In this document: positions 38,412-51,019 of the stretch, piece after piece
How the letters are laid out: each line of letters opens with the position of its first letter
Numbering within the stretch: position 1 is the first letter of the stretch
Assembly (NCBI RefSeq): GCF_006345805.1
Contig: NC_043000.1
Location: forward strand, 107,446,001 to 107,510,000
Direction of reading: 5' to 3'
DNA length: 64,000 nt
Origin: Octopus sinensis
Lineage: Eukaryota
Translations under genes and position numbers: made by a program
Notes under the pieces: generated by a model
Databases searched by the model: none
What the model saw: only the letters and a program-made list of their open reading frames with translations
What the model was told of the DNA's origin: nothing

Positions 38412-38655
38412 AGTGGCTTAGTGGTTAGGGTGTTGCATGATCGAAAGATTATGGTTTCGATTCCTGGAGCAGGAGATGCGTTGTGTTTTTGAGCAAAACA
38501 CTTGAATTTACTTTGCTGCATTCGACTCCGCTGGCAAAAAGCGAGTAATCTTACGACGGAGTGGCATCTCGTCTACAATGGGTAGGAGGATCTATACCCC
38601 ACAAAATCTAGGAAACCGGCCTGGCCTTATGAGCCTATTGTTCGGGAAGGACTTT
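38412..38655 (+). mobile_element. Degenerate family-D SINE
   Basis: ggcttagtggttaggg head, gttgtgtttttgagcaaaacac and a decayed V-like segment. Confidence 0.6.
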
Positions 38656-39281
38656 TGATCCGTTTCTTTTTGATAGCATCTTGTGGTAATAAGTTATGTG
38701 GGCATGAAGTTGTATCGTGTCCGGAAATATGGAATGTTATGTGTGAATGAGGATAGCCTAGTTATAAGAGGCCTCTCTTCTTCACCGTTCCCTCTCTCTC
38801 ACACTTTCTCCTTGACTCTCTCGGTCGCTGATACGTGACGAAAGGGAATCTATCTTTCTGTCCATTTCCTTCCTAAAGACAACACGTGCTTATACCTGTC
38901 TTCTCTCATGAGCTTGTCTTCCTAGCGTTCATAATAATTTTTCTATCGTCTTGACTTAACAGCCCTCACCGTTTGTTTTTACTGTCTTGTTCTCACTGTC
39001 CTGTTCTTGTTACCACTTCCACCCCCCGCAAAAAATCCCAAATTTTATTTAATTTGCTTTGCGAGAAGGACTGTTTCAACGAAGTCGCGTATTGTCCGTG
39101 TCCTCGAGTAGATGTCCGGACTAGATGAAACAGGGAAAGCTGATGAAGGGGAATATTCTTTATATTGCATGTCTCGTTTCTGTTTTTTTCGTTCTTCGAA
39201 AAAAAGTTCGTTTTCTATGTTTTTGTTTTTATGCTTTTAGTTCTCATTGTGTTCAACGTTTCTTGATGTCCTGTACCTATA

Positions 39282-39337
<56 letters not shown>

Positions 39338-39750
39338 TATGTAGGTATGTAAATATAAGTATGTATATATGCATATATTTATATATTATTTGAATTATTA
39401 CTAGTTATAAGAGTGTTCGGTTCACGATCATAAGTTTGTGCGATCAATTCCTGGACCTGTGGTTGCGTTGTGTCCTTAATCTAGGCACTTCATTTCAAGT
39501 TACTCCTATCTACCCAGCTGTAAATGACTACCAGCCAAGTGCTGGTGCTGCTCTCTCTATCTCTCTCCCACGCTCCAGCTTTCACATTATGGATGTGTCA
39601 CTGGACCAGGAGTGATAGGTACCGAGAAGGTATTTATGTTTACTCGCCAAAATACAGATATTACAATTAGAAAAAGCGAAAGATATTACCAAGCCAGGCT
39701 GACTTTACTCTATGCGATATGTAATTACTGAATATTATGTAGATAAATAC

Positions 39751-40170
39751 AAGGTAGCGAGCTGGCAGAAACATTAGCACGCCAGGCGAAATGCCTAGCG
39801 GTATTTTGCGTGCGGCTACGTTCTGAGTTCAAATTGCGCCGAGGTCGACTTTGCCTTTCATCCTTTCGGGGTCGATTAAATAAGTACCAGTTACGCACTG
39901 GGGTCGATGTAATCGACTTAATCCGTTTGTCTGTCCTTGTTTGCCCCCTCTGTGTGTAGCCCCTTGTAGGCAGTAAAGAAATAAGAATCGTTAGCATGCC
40001 GGGCGAAAAGCTTAATGACATTTCGTCCGTCTTCACGATCTGAGTTCATATTCCGCCGAGGTCGACTTTGCCTTTCACCTTCTCGGGGTAGAAAATACTG
40101 GGATTGATGTAATTGGACTTACCCACCTCTGAAAATTTGCTGGCCTTGTGATAAAATTTAAAATCATTAT
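39751..40170 (+). mobile_element. Young family-B SINE joined to an older family-B SINE head and body
   Basis: The unit ends gtaaagaaata at 39983 and is immediately followed by agaatcgttagcatgccggg and the older tail. Confidence 0.8.
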
Positions 40171-40536
40171 GTTGATAAATACATAGATGCTGTATGATGC
40201 CATGAATATCTGTTATATAATATTTCACCGATGTTTATCTTTCATATCCCGATGTAAGACTAAGATTTTATTAGATAGGATGCCAACCTGTTGCCGTGGA
40301 ATTTTAACGAGGACGGAATCGAAAGCAAATTTCCAAACCAATGAAGTGCTCAACTACAGTTCTTTATAGTTCTGTTGATACTGTAGTATCGTTATATTTC
40401 TATAGATGCCCACTGAGTTATTTAAATGTATTGTTAAATATCTTTGTTAGAGATACGATATAGCTGAATTGTTTATTGATACGGACTACAGAGCTTCCAA
40501 ATAGTTGCTTAACATTCACGCAACTCAAACACTCGT

Positions 40537-40587
<51 letters not shown>

Positions 40588-42579
40588 GCGTGTGTGTGTG
40601 TGTGTAGCATATTTTACTCTAATAGACGTCGGATAAAGTGCAATAGGAAATGGCTTAGTCAATTAAAATATAGACTTTAAACTGAAACTGATGTGTGAAA
40701 TTTTGTACGTCAGGTTGTTAGGTTTGATATCTATCTATCTATAATAAACTCATTCATACGTACGAACTCACACACAAACAGACACGCACGCACACACACG
40801 CACACACACACACACACACGCACACACACACACACACACACACATACACACACACTCGCACATATTCTTACTTTCGTATAATGTTTGTTCTCTCAGGTAA
40901 TATTTGAGTTAATCTTATTAAATGGATATTTTTAAATATTTTTTAATTGCATAGAATTTTCCGAATTTTCTGGAAACCACAGGCATTGTCATAATCGGAG
41001 CTGTTTAAGATGATTTCCATTTAACCATTTTCCTACACTTTTAGCTACAAATTATCAAAATACCACCGTACAACAGAGTTCATAGAATACCACTATCTTC
41101 TTCCCTATAAAATGAGTCAGACCCTCTCAAGGATCTTTTTAAACAGGTTATTGCAAGTCCAGTACATCATAATCGAATCATTTTAGTCTCAGATTTACAG
41201 AGTTGATAATTCCTATTCATAAGAATGGATCAAATTCTATGAAGACGGACCAAATTCGCAAATAGCTAACCGCACTGTCATATGTATCCTGTCCAATATA
41301 TAAAAACAGGCTTACATTCCATGTACATTGTCATACACGTAAAGAATAAAACATACATATATCTAACATAGTATTCCAATGTAGAAAGATATTAAGTTTC
41401 TAAAGAGAGCAACAGAGAGCTATTAGATGCTCTCTCTAAGTCATAATACATGTCTCTATAACTTCAGAACAACCACATTTCGGAGACATATTCGAAATAA
41501 AAATATTCATTTTGGAATCTCTGTGTTACTGTCATCTACTCTCAAGCTTTTATAGTCGACTCAACCATTGAATTAACACCACTTTAACACAGAATATTGT
41601 GTAAGTTATCAAGAATAATAGACACAGTCATGTACCGCAAGGTAGAGAATAATAGTAAAAAGAGAGAAAGTTGCGTTATATTACTAAACATGTATTCATA
41701 GCTATTTCTGTAGTGGCCATTAATATATAAACTGACATATAAGAAACAGAAAACTGGAAGTGAGAACAATAGTAATAACAAGAAAAGTCAACAAAACTGA
41801 CAGAATATAACGAAACGGCAAGAGCTTTGATGATAATATCAACTAACAATGGGTAAGAGCCATAATGGTAGTAAGCCTTCAAGCGAGCGGAATAAGGGGT
41901 GCTGCTTTCAATTCCGATTTGCTTCTAGTTCATTCCGTTTCCGCTGTTAATTACCTTTGGAATGACACACAAAAGTCAAAGTTTCTTAATTCTCCCTTTG
42001 CGGATGTTAGACGTTTGTATAACTTGCGTTACGAATTTCCCATTGTATTGTTGTTATTTGGTACTGAATACATGTTAAAGTTTTCGAAATTTTAAAGGAT
42101 AATGAGTAACATGACTAAAGAAATCAACGAGTGAAAAAAACGTACCAAATAACGGAACGAACCTCTACGTGTTCGCACGATATGTTAGAAATAGCAACCA
42201 ATATCTCAGAAATATCATCCTACCGCCTACAAAGAAGAGAAGGGTATATCGGATACTCTAATTTTGTTATAGACTATTTTTGAAAAGATAGAGCAGTAAC
42301 GATCTTTGATCAAAGGTTTAGTTATTGAAAGTGAACCTAGGGCTAAACATCTTCAACAACAGACACAACAACAACATACACACACACAAACACACACACT
42401 CACACACACATATATATATACACACACATATCAATCAATCTATCTATCTATACATGCATACATACACACAGACTCACACACAAACACACACTCACACACA
42501 AAAACACACACACACACACACACAGATATTATAGCAACTTGTAAAGCAAATCTTTATTACAGATGTATACACACACATA

Positions 42580-42677
<98 letters not shown>

Positions 42678-42745
42678 GTCTATCTATCTATCTAGTCTAT
42701 CTATCTATGCATACAGACACACACACACACTCACACACACATACA

Positions 42746-42777
<32 letters not shown>

Positions 42778-43261
42778 GGCACACACACACACACACACGC
42801 ACACACACTCACACTTGTCCTTTTCCTTAAAAACGTTTACCCTCATACAGTAACTTCATCAAACTTTGAACAAGTAGCGGTTCAGTTTACCAGCATTTTC
42901 TCAGCTTAGTTTTTACCTTCGTAACACGACTAAATTCCGATGACACATGCAAAATTATTTCTCCTACTAAAACTTCAGTCTATATTCTACGTATGTCACT
43001 AGCAATTTCCTAAATATAACTTAATTCGGAAATTATTTTCAATAATCACTGTTTTCAAACGTGTATTTTTTTACTAGGTTGCATTGCTTTTAGAGATCAG
43101 ATACATTTTACGTCTGGCACCACAGGTGAAGCCAATATTTATTCTGTTATTGAGCGCTAATTTTCTTATCGAAACAGACATCTAACGTATATTAAATGAC
43201 TCTTTACATATGTTGTTGATACTCGATAAAACTTTTCTTTGATATAATTATTAGATTTTTA

Positions 43262-44025
43262 TCGATGCAGTTAATCATAGATGTAGCAGGTACTTAAAAC
43301 AGTTAATCGTAGCTATAGATGGTACTTGGTAGAGCTGATCCTCAATGTCACTGATCCGTATTTCAGATATTAAGTATCTGTAACAGGCTCTTGGTTCAGT
43401 TGACTTTAGATATAGCTGGTTCTCGTAACAGTTGATCCGAAATGTAGCTTATCCTAGAGACACTTGATTCAAGATAAAGTTAATCCTTGATGGAGTTGAT
43501 CCTCGATGTTGCAGATATAGCTGGTTCTCGATACAGTTGATCCTGGATTTAGATGTTCCTCTAGACAGTTGATCCGTAATATACCTGGTCCTTAAGACAT
43601 TGATGTAACTGGTCTTAAGACAGTCAATCGTAGGTGCAGCTGATCCTCGATACAGTTGTTGCTGGATATAGCAAATCTATGAGTTGATCCTTGAAATCAC
43701 AATTTCTTAATTCAGTTGATGCTAGGTGTAGCTGATCCTTGATAAAATTATCCAAGATTTCGCTGTTCCGTGACTCGGTTGAACATAAATAACGGTAGAT
43801 GTTGATCGTTATTAAAATTGATCGATGTGAAAATTTTGGACGTAGCTGATCCTTTATAAAATCGAAACGATCGATCCTAGATGTAGTGATCCTTGATAAA
43901 TTTGATGGTAGATGTAGATGTTCTTTAACAGAGTCGACTCTAGGTCTAGTTGTTTTTTGATTCAATTGATCCTAGATGTAGTTTTTCCTTGTTAGAAATA
44001 TAGCCTCTAAATATAGCTTGTCCTT
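43262..44025. repeat. Old degenerate minisatellite of ~15-bp cagttgatcc/tagctgatcc-type units
   Basis: Dozens of variants of agttgatcct and agctgatcct recur over ~760 bp. Confidence 0.7.
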
Positions 44026-44054
44026 GATTCAGTTACAGCATGTTCTGTATTTAC

Positions 44055-44252
44055 CGACTGGAATAGAAATGGAAACAATAACTGCAATTGTTAGAGGTAT
44101 TTTGCTTTGCAGCATTGTCTTCTTTAGGAAGAGTTTATATTTAAGAAAAGTATTGATGAATTGATTGAATAAAGAGTTGTAGCTTGTATCTTGATATCGA
44201 CAGTGAAACTCTGCTTTTGTTATTTGGGGACAGACCACGCAAGGAATGAAAA
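44055..44252 (-). other. Candidate exon with ATG and a signal-peptide-like segment (unverified)
   Basis: Long polypyrimidine tract plus AG before 44252; ATG at 44115 in acaATG context encoding MLQSKIPLTIAVIVSISIPV; phase-1 donor G|gtaaat. No homology recognised. Confidence 0.3.
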
Positions 44253-45285
44253 CTATAGTGAAAAAAATAGGGAAAGAAAAAAAGGAAGACGAGCAAGATA
44301 AATAGACAAAAAGTGGAATGAGAGAGCCGGGGGATGTTGGAAAATAGATATATAGAGCAAGAGAGCGAGAGAGAAATAGTGGGTGAGTAAGTGAGAGAGA
44401 GAGAGAGAGGGAGAGAGAGAGAGAGGAGAGAGAGAGAGAAGAAGAAGAAGAAGAGAGTAGAATGTAGTGTAACGTGGAGTTAGTAATTAATAACGCAGAA
44501 ATTTAATCTTAGAGGAAACAGAATATTGATACAACTGACCAAGTAACATTAATTAAAATTATAACATTTAGTGATGAGAACTGTAATCATTTCCATGACT
44601 AATTCTAGTAAAAAGGGACAGGGGAGACAATCCAGAAATTGTAATTATTGAAAATTCATTAAATAAAGAAGGAATTGAAAACTGATTCCAATGTTTACTG
44701 CTACAAGTTGTGAATTGGCAGAATCGTTAAAGACTGGGGGTAAGAATGCGTGGGCATCATTATTTGATGCGACACTGCACTTTGAGTTCAAATTCCTCTG
44801 AAGTTAACTTTGACTTTTTACCGTTTCGAGGTTGATAAAAAGTATCACCCCCATGGCAGTGGATTAGCGGTGCTGTGAAAATATTGAACCGAATGCCTTG
44901 TAGTATTTATCCGTGTTCTTTTGTCATGAGTTCAAATCCTGATTTGGCTTATTTGAGAGGTAGTCTTAACACATCACCTGATTTAACACTACCACCTCGA
45001 ACTTTTGCGTATCTTTAGAGGAGTCTATTTGAGAATACCTTCCTACCGCTTTTTAACCAGTCTCAGAGACCCTATAAAAGGTCATGGACACTGCCTTAGC
45101 TTCTGGCTAAAACACGAAAGAACGTACATAAAGAGCTCTAGATATATTTTCGCTGTATTAATCATTCTCATCATGGCCAGACCGTTCCTTTAAATCTTAG
45201 AACTTAAAAGAATGACTGGAAAAATACACAGTGGATACTTACTACTTGTGTTTTATTCTTTAATTTTAAAGTAATATTTCCTCCC

Positions 45286-45763
45286 AAGGTGGCGAGCTGG
45301 CAGAAACGTTAGCAAGCCGGGCGAAATGCTTTGCGGTATTTCGTCTGCCGTTACGTTCTGAGTTCAAATTCCGCCGAGGTCGACTTTACCTTTCATCCTT
45401 TCGGGGTCGATTAAATAAGTACTCGTCGAAAACTGGGATCGCTGTAATCAACTGATCCTCCTCGAAATCAATGATTCTTCTTCTAAAACTTGAAATCCAT
45501 ATTACGCACTGGGGGTCGATATACTCGACTTAATCCGTTTGTCTGTCCTTGTTTGCCCCCTCTGTGTGTAGCCCCTTGTGGGCAGTAAAGAAATAGGTAT
45601 TTCGTCTGTCATTACGTTCTGAGTTCAAATTCCGCCGAGGTCGACCTTGCCTTTCATCATTTCGGGGTCGATTAAATAAGTACTCGTCGAAAACTGGGAT
45701 CGCTGTAATCAACTGATCCTCCTCGAAAGCAATGATCTTCTTCTAAAACTTGAAATCCATATT
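45286..45763 (+). mobile_element. Family-B SINE with an inserted permuted 180-bp unit and an ~81-bp duplicated tail
   Basis: 45423-45503 is repeated at 45684-45763. The insert 45504-45683 starts acgcactggggg and ends taaataagtac. Confidence 0.85.
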
Positions 45764-45901
45764 TCTTGCTATTCTTAATAGTCACTTCTGTGACATATTA
45801 CTTAATATTTGAATATTAAAATACTACCTTTATTCTTTTTCTGGGCTTAGTCACTGGATTGCAGCTATAAAGGGAATCGCTTAAAAGGGTTTTAGATAAT
45901 A

Positions 45902-46405
45902 CTAGCAGTATCGCCCGGCGTTGCTCGGGTTTGTAAGGGAAATAACTATATAAGCATTTTTAGAGAGTTACTTCCCTTATAGATGCCAATTCGGGCTTTC
46001 TTAGCCATTTTTGTTTTGGTGTCTTCAAGCCATGAAGTCGTTGTTCTAAAAGAACGCTGGTCTCCTTGACAACGCATTACGACGTTGATTTCTTTACACT
46101 CCCTTCCCCACAGCTTCACGAGGGAGGGAAGGGGGAGAAGCAAACAGGTGCAGCTGTGAGCGTGGACGCCAACTCCGCCGCCATCGACACACGAAAAATT
46201 ATGCATTAAAATGGAATAAAAAATGATGTTAAATTATTTTTAAAATCGTAGACTCATCGTTGACGCGCGCTAATAGCCAGACGGTATGAATCACGACTAT
46301 AAGATACCCGAATTTGGTTAAACTGCACCGCAAAATGTGGGAGGAGTTAGGAATCTAAATCGAAGGGGACAGACACTCACACAACTAGAGTTTTATATAT
46401 ATAGA
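45902..46405 (-). mobile_element. Complete non-autonomous Helitron (~504 bp)
   Basis: On the minus strand: 5' a|TCtatatatataaaac, subterminal hairpin cccgagcaacgccggg, 3' CTAG|t. Inserted at an AT site with no TSD. Confidence 0.9.
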
Positions 46406-46522
46406 TAATCGGTCCCAGTATTTATTTTATCGATCAGTGTCTAATTATCGAATTGCTATCTTGCAAAGAAGGCAAAAACAAAAATCTCTGGTCTTTAAAT
46501 GGTGTCAAAATAAACACTTTTT

Positions 46523-46566
<44 letters not shown>

Positions 46567-46953
46567 ATACACAAACACGCAAACAGATACACACAAAATC
46601 AAGCTCACACACACTCACACACCCAGATACAAACATATACGCACACTCACATCTGCACACACACGCATACGCGCGCGCGCGCACACACGCGTTGTTTCGT
46701 TAAGCACATGACTTCCATTTTTATCGTTTCTAACTTTAGTGTTTTCGTATTTTCTTAGTATTTTCTTTCTGTTAGTTTAGAACAATGGACTTCCTAAATT
46801 CACATTCAACATTTTCTGACATTTACGGTCTCCTTTACAAAGATTGAATACATTTGGCGGTGGCATTGTTTTGTTATATATGCTACTTAAATTTATGTAG
46901 ACATTTCTGCAAAAGATTTTTGACCGCTCGGCTTCTGCGCAATCAACACACAC

Positions 46954-47016
<63 letters not shown>

Positions 47017-47076
47017 AGTGCGCGCGCGCGTATAAACAAATATACTTTTTCTTTAGAAGTGTCGAATATGTATCGC

Positions 47077-47195
47077 ATTATACAGACAGGAAAGTAATAT
47101 TTCTAACGCAGTATCGAAGTGAAAACAGTAACACACAATTTTTCTGTTTCCACAGCAATACTGCGTTCAAAATATTACTTTCTTGTCTGTATAAT
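47077..47195. mobile_element. ~119-bp palindromic MITE
   Basis: ttatacagacaggaaagtaatatttctaacgcagtat pairs with atactgcgttcaaaatattactttcttgtctgtataa; TA-flanked. Confidence 0.75.
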
Positions 47196-47224
47196 ATATA
47201 TATATATATATATTTATATATAAA

Positions 47225-47510
47225 ATGCAAAATGGGACAAGAACGCAAAACATCCGGACAACTAGGTGATACAAAAAGGGACAACAAAACATCCAGATAG
47301 ACGATACAAAAAAACAAGGACGGGTCATTCGAAGCTTTCTATCCTCAGTCAAGAACCGGATCATCCTCGCAATTTCGGCTGAGTAATCTTGAGATTGCTC
47401 CAATCTGGCGAGCCTCAAGGAAAAACTAAGCTAAGAGCATTAGATTCCTTGTAAGAAATTATCGAATGTATACGAAAACAAGGACGGAAAACAGACGATG
47501 TTACACAAAT
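47225..47510 (-). repeat. Dispersed repeat, homologous (inverted) to 26172-26340, probably Penelope terminal-repeat derived
   Basis: Shared cagccgaaattgcgag..gactgagga..ttcgaatgacccgtccttg..gtatcgtctatctggatgttttgttg. Confidence 0.7.
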
Positions 47511-47662
47511 ATAAATACAAAATACAATGAAAAAAAAAATAACAGGACATAACAACAATATATATATATATATATATTTAACATAACATAACAACAACAA
47601 AAACAATATATATATATATATAACGAAGTCGGCTATGCACAATATGAAACCAAACAGGAAAA

Positions 47663-47935
47663 ATTCAGTTGTGACTAATTGTGATTGACAGTGTAGGGCA
47701 GCATCTACATTCCTAGAAATAGGCCTTTAAAATACCCTACAGCCGCAAAATAGCACATGTCTGCATTGACTGGATGCATAACCGCCCCACAGCGAGCAAG
47801 ATAACCATACTACTCTAATTTCGCTTAAAATAAAAAGTCATGTGCATTTGTTGCAGGTCTAAGGGTTTTTAACTCTTTTTTCTAGCAATGTAGGGGCAAT
47901 TCTGTACCGTCAGTCACAATTGGTGACAATTGAAT
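47663..47935. mobile_element. ~270-bp fold-back/MITE with diverged ~100-bp arms
   Basis: attcagttgtgactaattgtgattgacag pairs with ccgtcagtcacaattggtgacaattgaat, and ctacattcctagaaa pairs with tttctagcaatgtag. Confidence 0.7.
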
Positions 47936-48017
47936 ATATATATACATACATATGTACATACATACATACATACATAAACACACTCACAGACACACACACA
48001 CAAACATCTATATGATC

Positions 48018-48061
<44 letters not shown>

Positions 48062-48321
48062 GATTGGTTATCTACAAGTTTGCTTTACAAATTGCACTCA
48101 CAGCACATCAACTTGTCAGCTCGAAGTTGTTGTCTTAGAATATACTTTTTGAAAATATCATATAGTGGGTGTGAACACGAAATGATGTAGTTGCGAAGTG
48201 AACTCCTTAATCAAACAGCCACGCCAGTTTTTATTTTTTTTTAATGCTAGAATAATTTTCCTTGACAAGGTATGACTACTTTTTGCAGTTACAATTGTTA
48301 GTTGCTGATGCAGTAACTATG

Positions 48322-48489
48322 TAGGCCGTGTGGTAAAAAGTTAGCATCTTAACTACATGATTCGGGTTTCAATCCCACTGAATGGTACCTTGGGCTATTT
48401 CTCCTGCTTGCGCTATTTCTGCCTGACCAAAGTGTTGTGAGAGGATTTAGTTGGCGGAAACTAAAAGAAGCCCGTCTTGTATATATATG

Positions 48490-48547
<58 letters not shown>

Positions 48548-48605
48548 GAATGTGTGTGTGTGTCTTTTTCTGTTTGTCCTTGCTTGACAACTGGTGTTCG
48601 TGTTA
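48322..48605 (+). mobile_element. Partial degenerate family-A SINE
   Basis: Head, CORE-like segment and microsatellite; tail missing. Confidence 0.65.
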
Positions 48606-48693
48606 CAGTTCTATATTTAAGAGATATGGAATTATGTACATTATTTACATTATTTACAATTGACGTATATTTGTCCTCATCTTGTTTGTTGTT

Positions 48694-48739
48694 AACACAA
48701 TGTTTCGTCTGATATACCCTCTAGCCTTCATCAGGTGTC
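48694..48739 (-). ncRNA. Minimal type-I hammerhead ribozyme (Penelope type)
   Basis: Minus strand reads gacac-CTGATGA-a-ggct..agac-GAAAC-AT-T-gtgtt. Stem I is a full 5 bp (gacac/gtgtt). Stem III is loopless, an acgt palindrome decayed to acat. Stem II has one mismatch. Confidence 0.7.
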
Positions 48740-48841
48740 TTGGGGAAAATACCTTAGAACCCAGGTTCGAAATTTCATAGCTTAGGAATGAGAACCCAGA
48801 TTCGAAATTTCCCCAAGACACCTGAGGAAGGCTGGAAGGTA

Positions 48842-49830
48842 GCAAACTGGTCCAGGATTCGCGCAGTCCCTCGCCATGTGAAGTCCCTGGCATCTAAAAC
48901 ACCGGCCTGTGAACGGCCGCTGTCGTTCTACAGCAGGTCTCTTTTCGTCTTTCATCGCGTCGCCGCGGGCTTCTGCGACCGCCATCACCACTGCCTTCCG
49001 CCCGGTGTTTTGTGTCAACACGCGGGCTTGGACGATGAGCTCGCTCATCGCCATTTTGTTGCCACCTGGCAATTGATGTAGCCGCACTGACACGTCGTCG
49101 AGAAAGTCATTTAAAAGGCCATTCGTGCTACTTCTCCAGTCCCTCTCCGGTGAGACCAGACAGCACAGCAAAGCCACGGTACCTCCGCAGCAAATTCATC
49201 AATCTGTTCCTCTGTCCATCTGACCGTTCTTAGCTTAGCAAAAGCAGTGTACGCTCCCTTTGTGTAAGCCTCTCTCAAGCGCTGCTCGATCTCGGCCGCG
49301 CTCAGTTGTTCTTCATTCATTTCGAAGTACAGTGCCAGCGCGCTCCTCGCTAAATACAGCGTGATGAGGCTTTCTACATCTTCGATGCCTTGTAGCCTGG
49401 CCACAACTTTGACCTTTCCAATCCAAGCTACTACGTCTCCTTCGCCATGGAAAGGTCTAATGACATCACTGCCGATCATTATCTTCGCTGCCATCATATA
49501 TTAGGGGACAACGATGTCTGTATACGATTGCCGAAATAGCTTGTCGTGCGTGGAAAATGAAAAGAGGTTCACATACCTTCCTCTCTCATCGACGCCTGTC
49601 TAGCAGTAATCTCTCCGGCGATCCTGCCCTACCCCTGCCACCCCGTATAAGCAGCTGGTATATGACCAACACAGGAGCGAATTACCAGACGTCCATTCAT
49701 GATGCCTCCGGCGAGCAGAACGAGGCCGACGCTCGCCTCTCTCTCCACTTCCCCTCTGGCGCTTCCTCTTCCTGTCTTTCCCTTGTCCAATGACGTCATG
49801 ATCATCTTCTTCCGGTTCATCCCCCACAAC
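48842..49830 (-). mobile_element. Truncated Gypsy LTR retrotransposon: 5' LTR plus frameshifted gag
   Basis: GC-rich LTR-like segment at about 49498-49830; PBS-like tggcagcg overlapping the gag start; gag IRPFHGEGDVVAWIGKVKVVARLQ...; zinc knuckle CFRCQGLHMARDC. Confidence 0.85.
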
Positions 49831-50007
49831 GTGATTGCTATTTTAAGCTTTATATATACGTATTGCCTACGTCCCGGATAATATAGGAAAATTACAAATA
49901 TACAGTTCGTAGCATGCATGCATGTTATATGTAAACAAATAAGTATACCAGAAGAGGTGATAGAAATCATGATAGCAGGATAATATTAATAACTAGTTTA
50001 AAGAAAG

Positions 50008-50107
<100 letters not shown>

Positions 50108-50364
50108 AACATATATGCATACATACATACATACATACATACATACATACATACATACATACATACACAAAGCTTAAAAGTTCAAATTACGTTTTCTGCG
50201 TTCCTTATTACTGTAATACGTGACTTGAACTGCACGATAGCCTGTCCCGCGATAGGATAATTATTTTCACACCATGAGGAACATGCGAATTGAATGTGAA
50301 ATTGATTATCGATCCCAAATTACTTGGTAGGGTGCCATACCTTCCTGCATGCTTCTAATTATGC

Positions 50365-50417
<53 letters not shown>

Positions 50418-50519
50418 TGTCTGTGTATGCATTTATTTTTACATATATATATGTATTTATTTATGTGTGTATATATATACACATACACATGTGTATATGT
50501 GTGTGTATAAACATACAGA

Positions 50520-50596
<77 letters not shown>

Positions 50597-51019
50597 ATCT
50601 ATATGTGTCTAATTTTCTTGGTGAATCCTCTTAATCTAAAATCTAGAAAATCAGAATGAAATACATAAAAACGAAATAGAGCTAAAACTATGATATAAAT
50701 GAATAAGATTTACTCCATCATAATATAATATTCTTTGTTTTCTCCAAAACGTAAAATTTCTGTATATCCGCCGAGAGATGCGTTTGAGTTTGAAAGAAAA
50801 TATTCTGCTATGATTAGAGTCATTGAATGTAAGAAGACGTGAATAAAGTGAGACGTGAATGAGGAATAAAAGAAGAGGTGAAAGGAAGATACAGTTCTAG
50901 AAAAATTTTGAATGAAATGAGGCAACGGGCATTGCATAACAATCTGTTTGGTTAGTGAAAAGCATCATTGAATATACCACAAAGAAAATAGTTTTGGTAA
51001 TGTAATAAAATAGCATTTG

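Noticed and set aside
39100-39160. gaaacagggaaagctgatgaagggg as a hammerhead
   Set aside because: The core halves are in an order that would need an NUH site between them, and none is present.
41584-41882. Hydrophobic minus-strand ORFs loosely resembling GPCR TM3 (FSVSYMSVYILMA)
   Set aside because: There is no DRY-like motif or other helices in register; T-rich composition explains the hydrophobicity.
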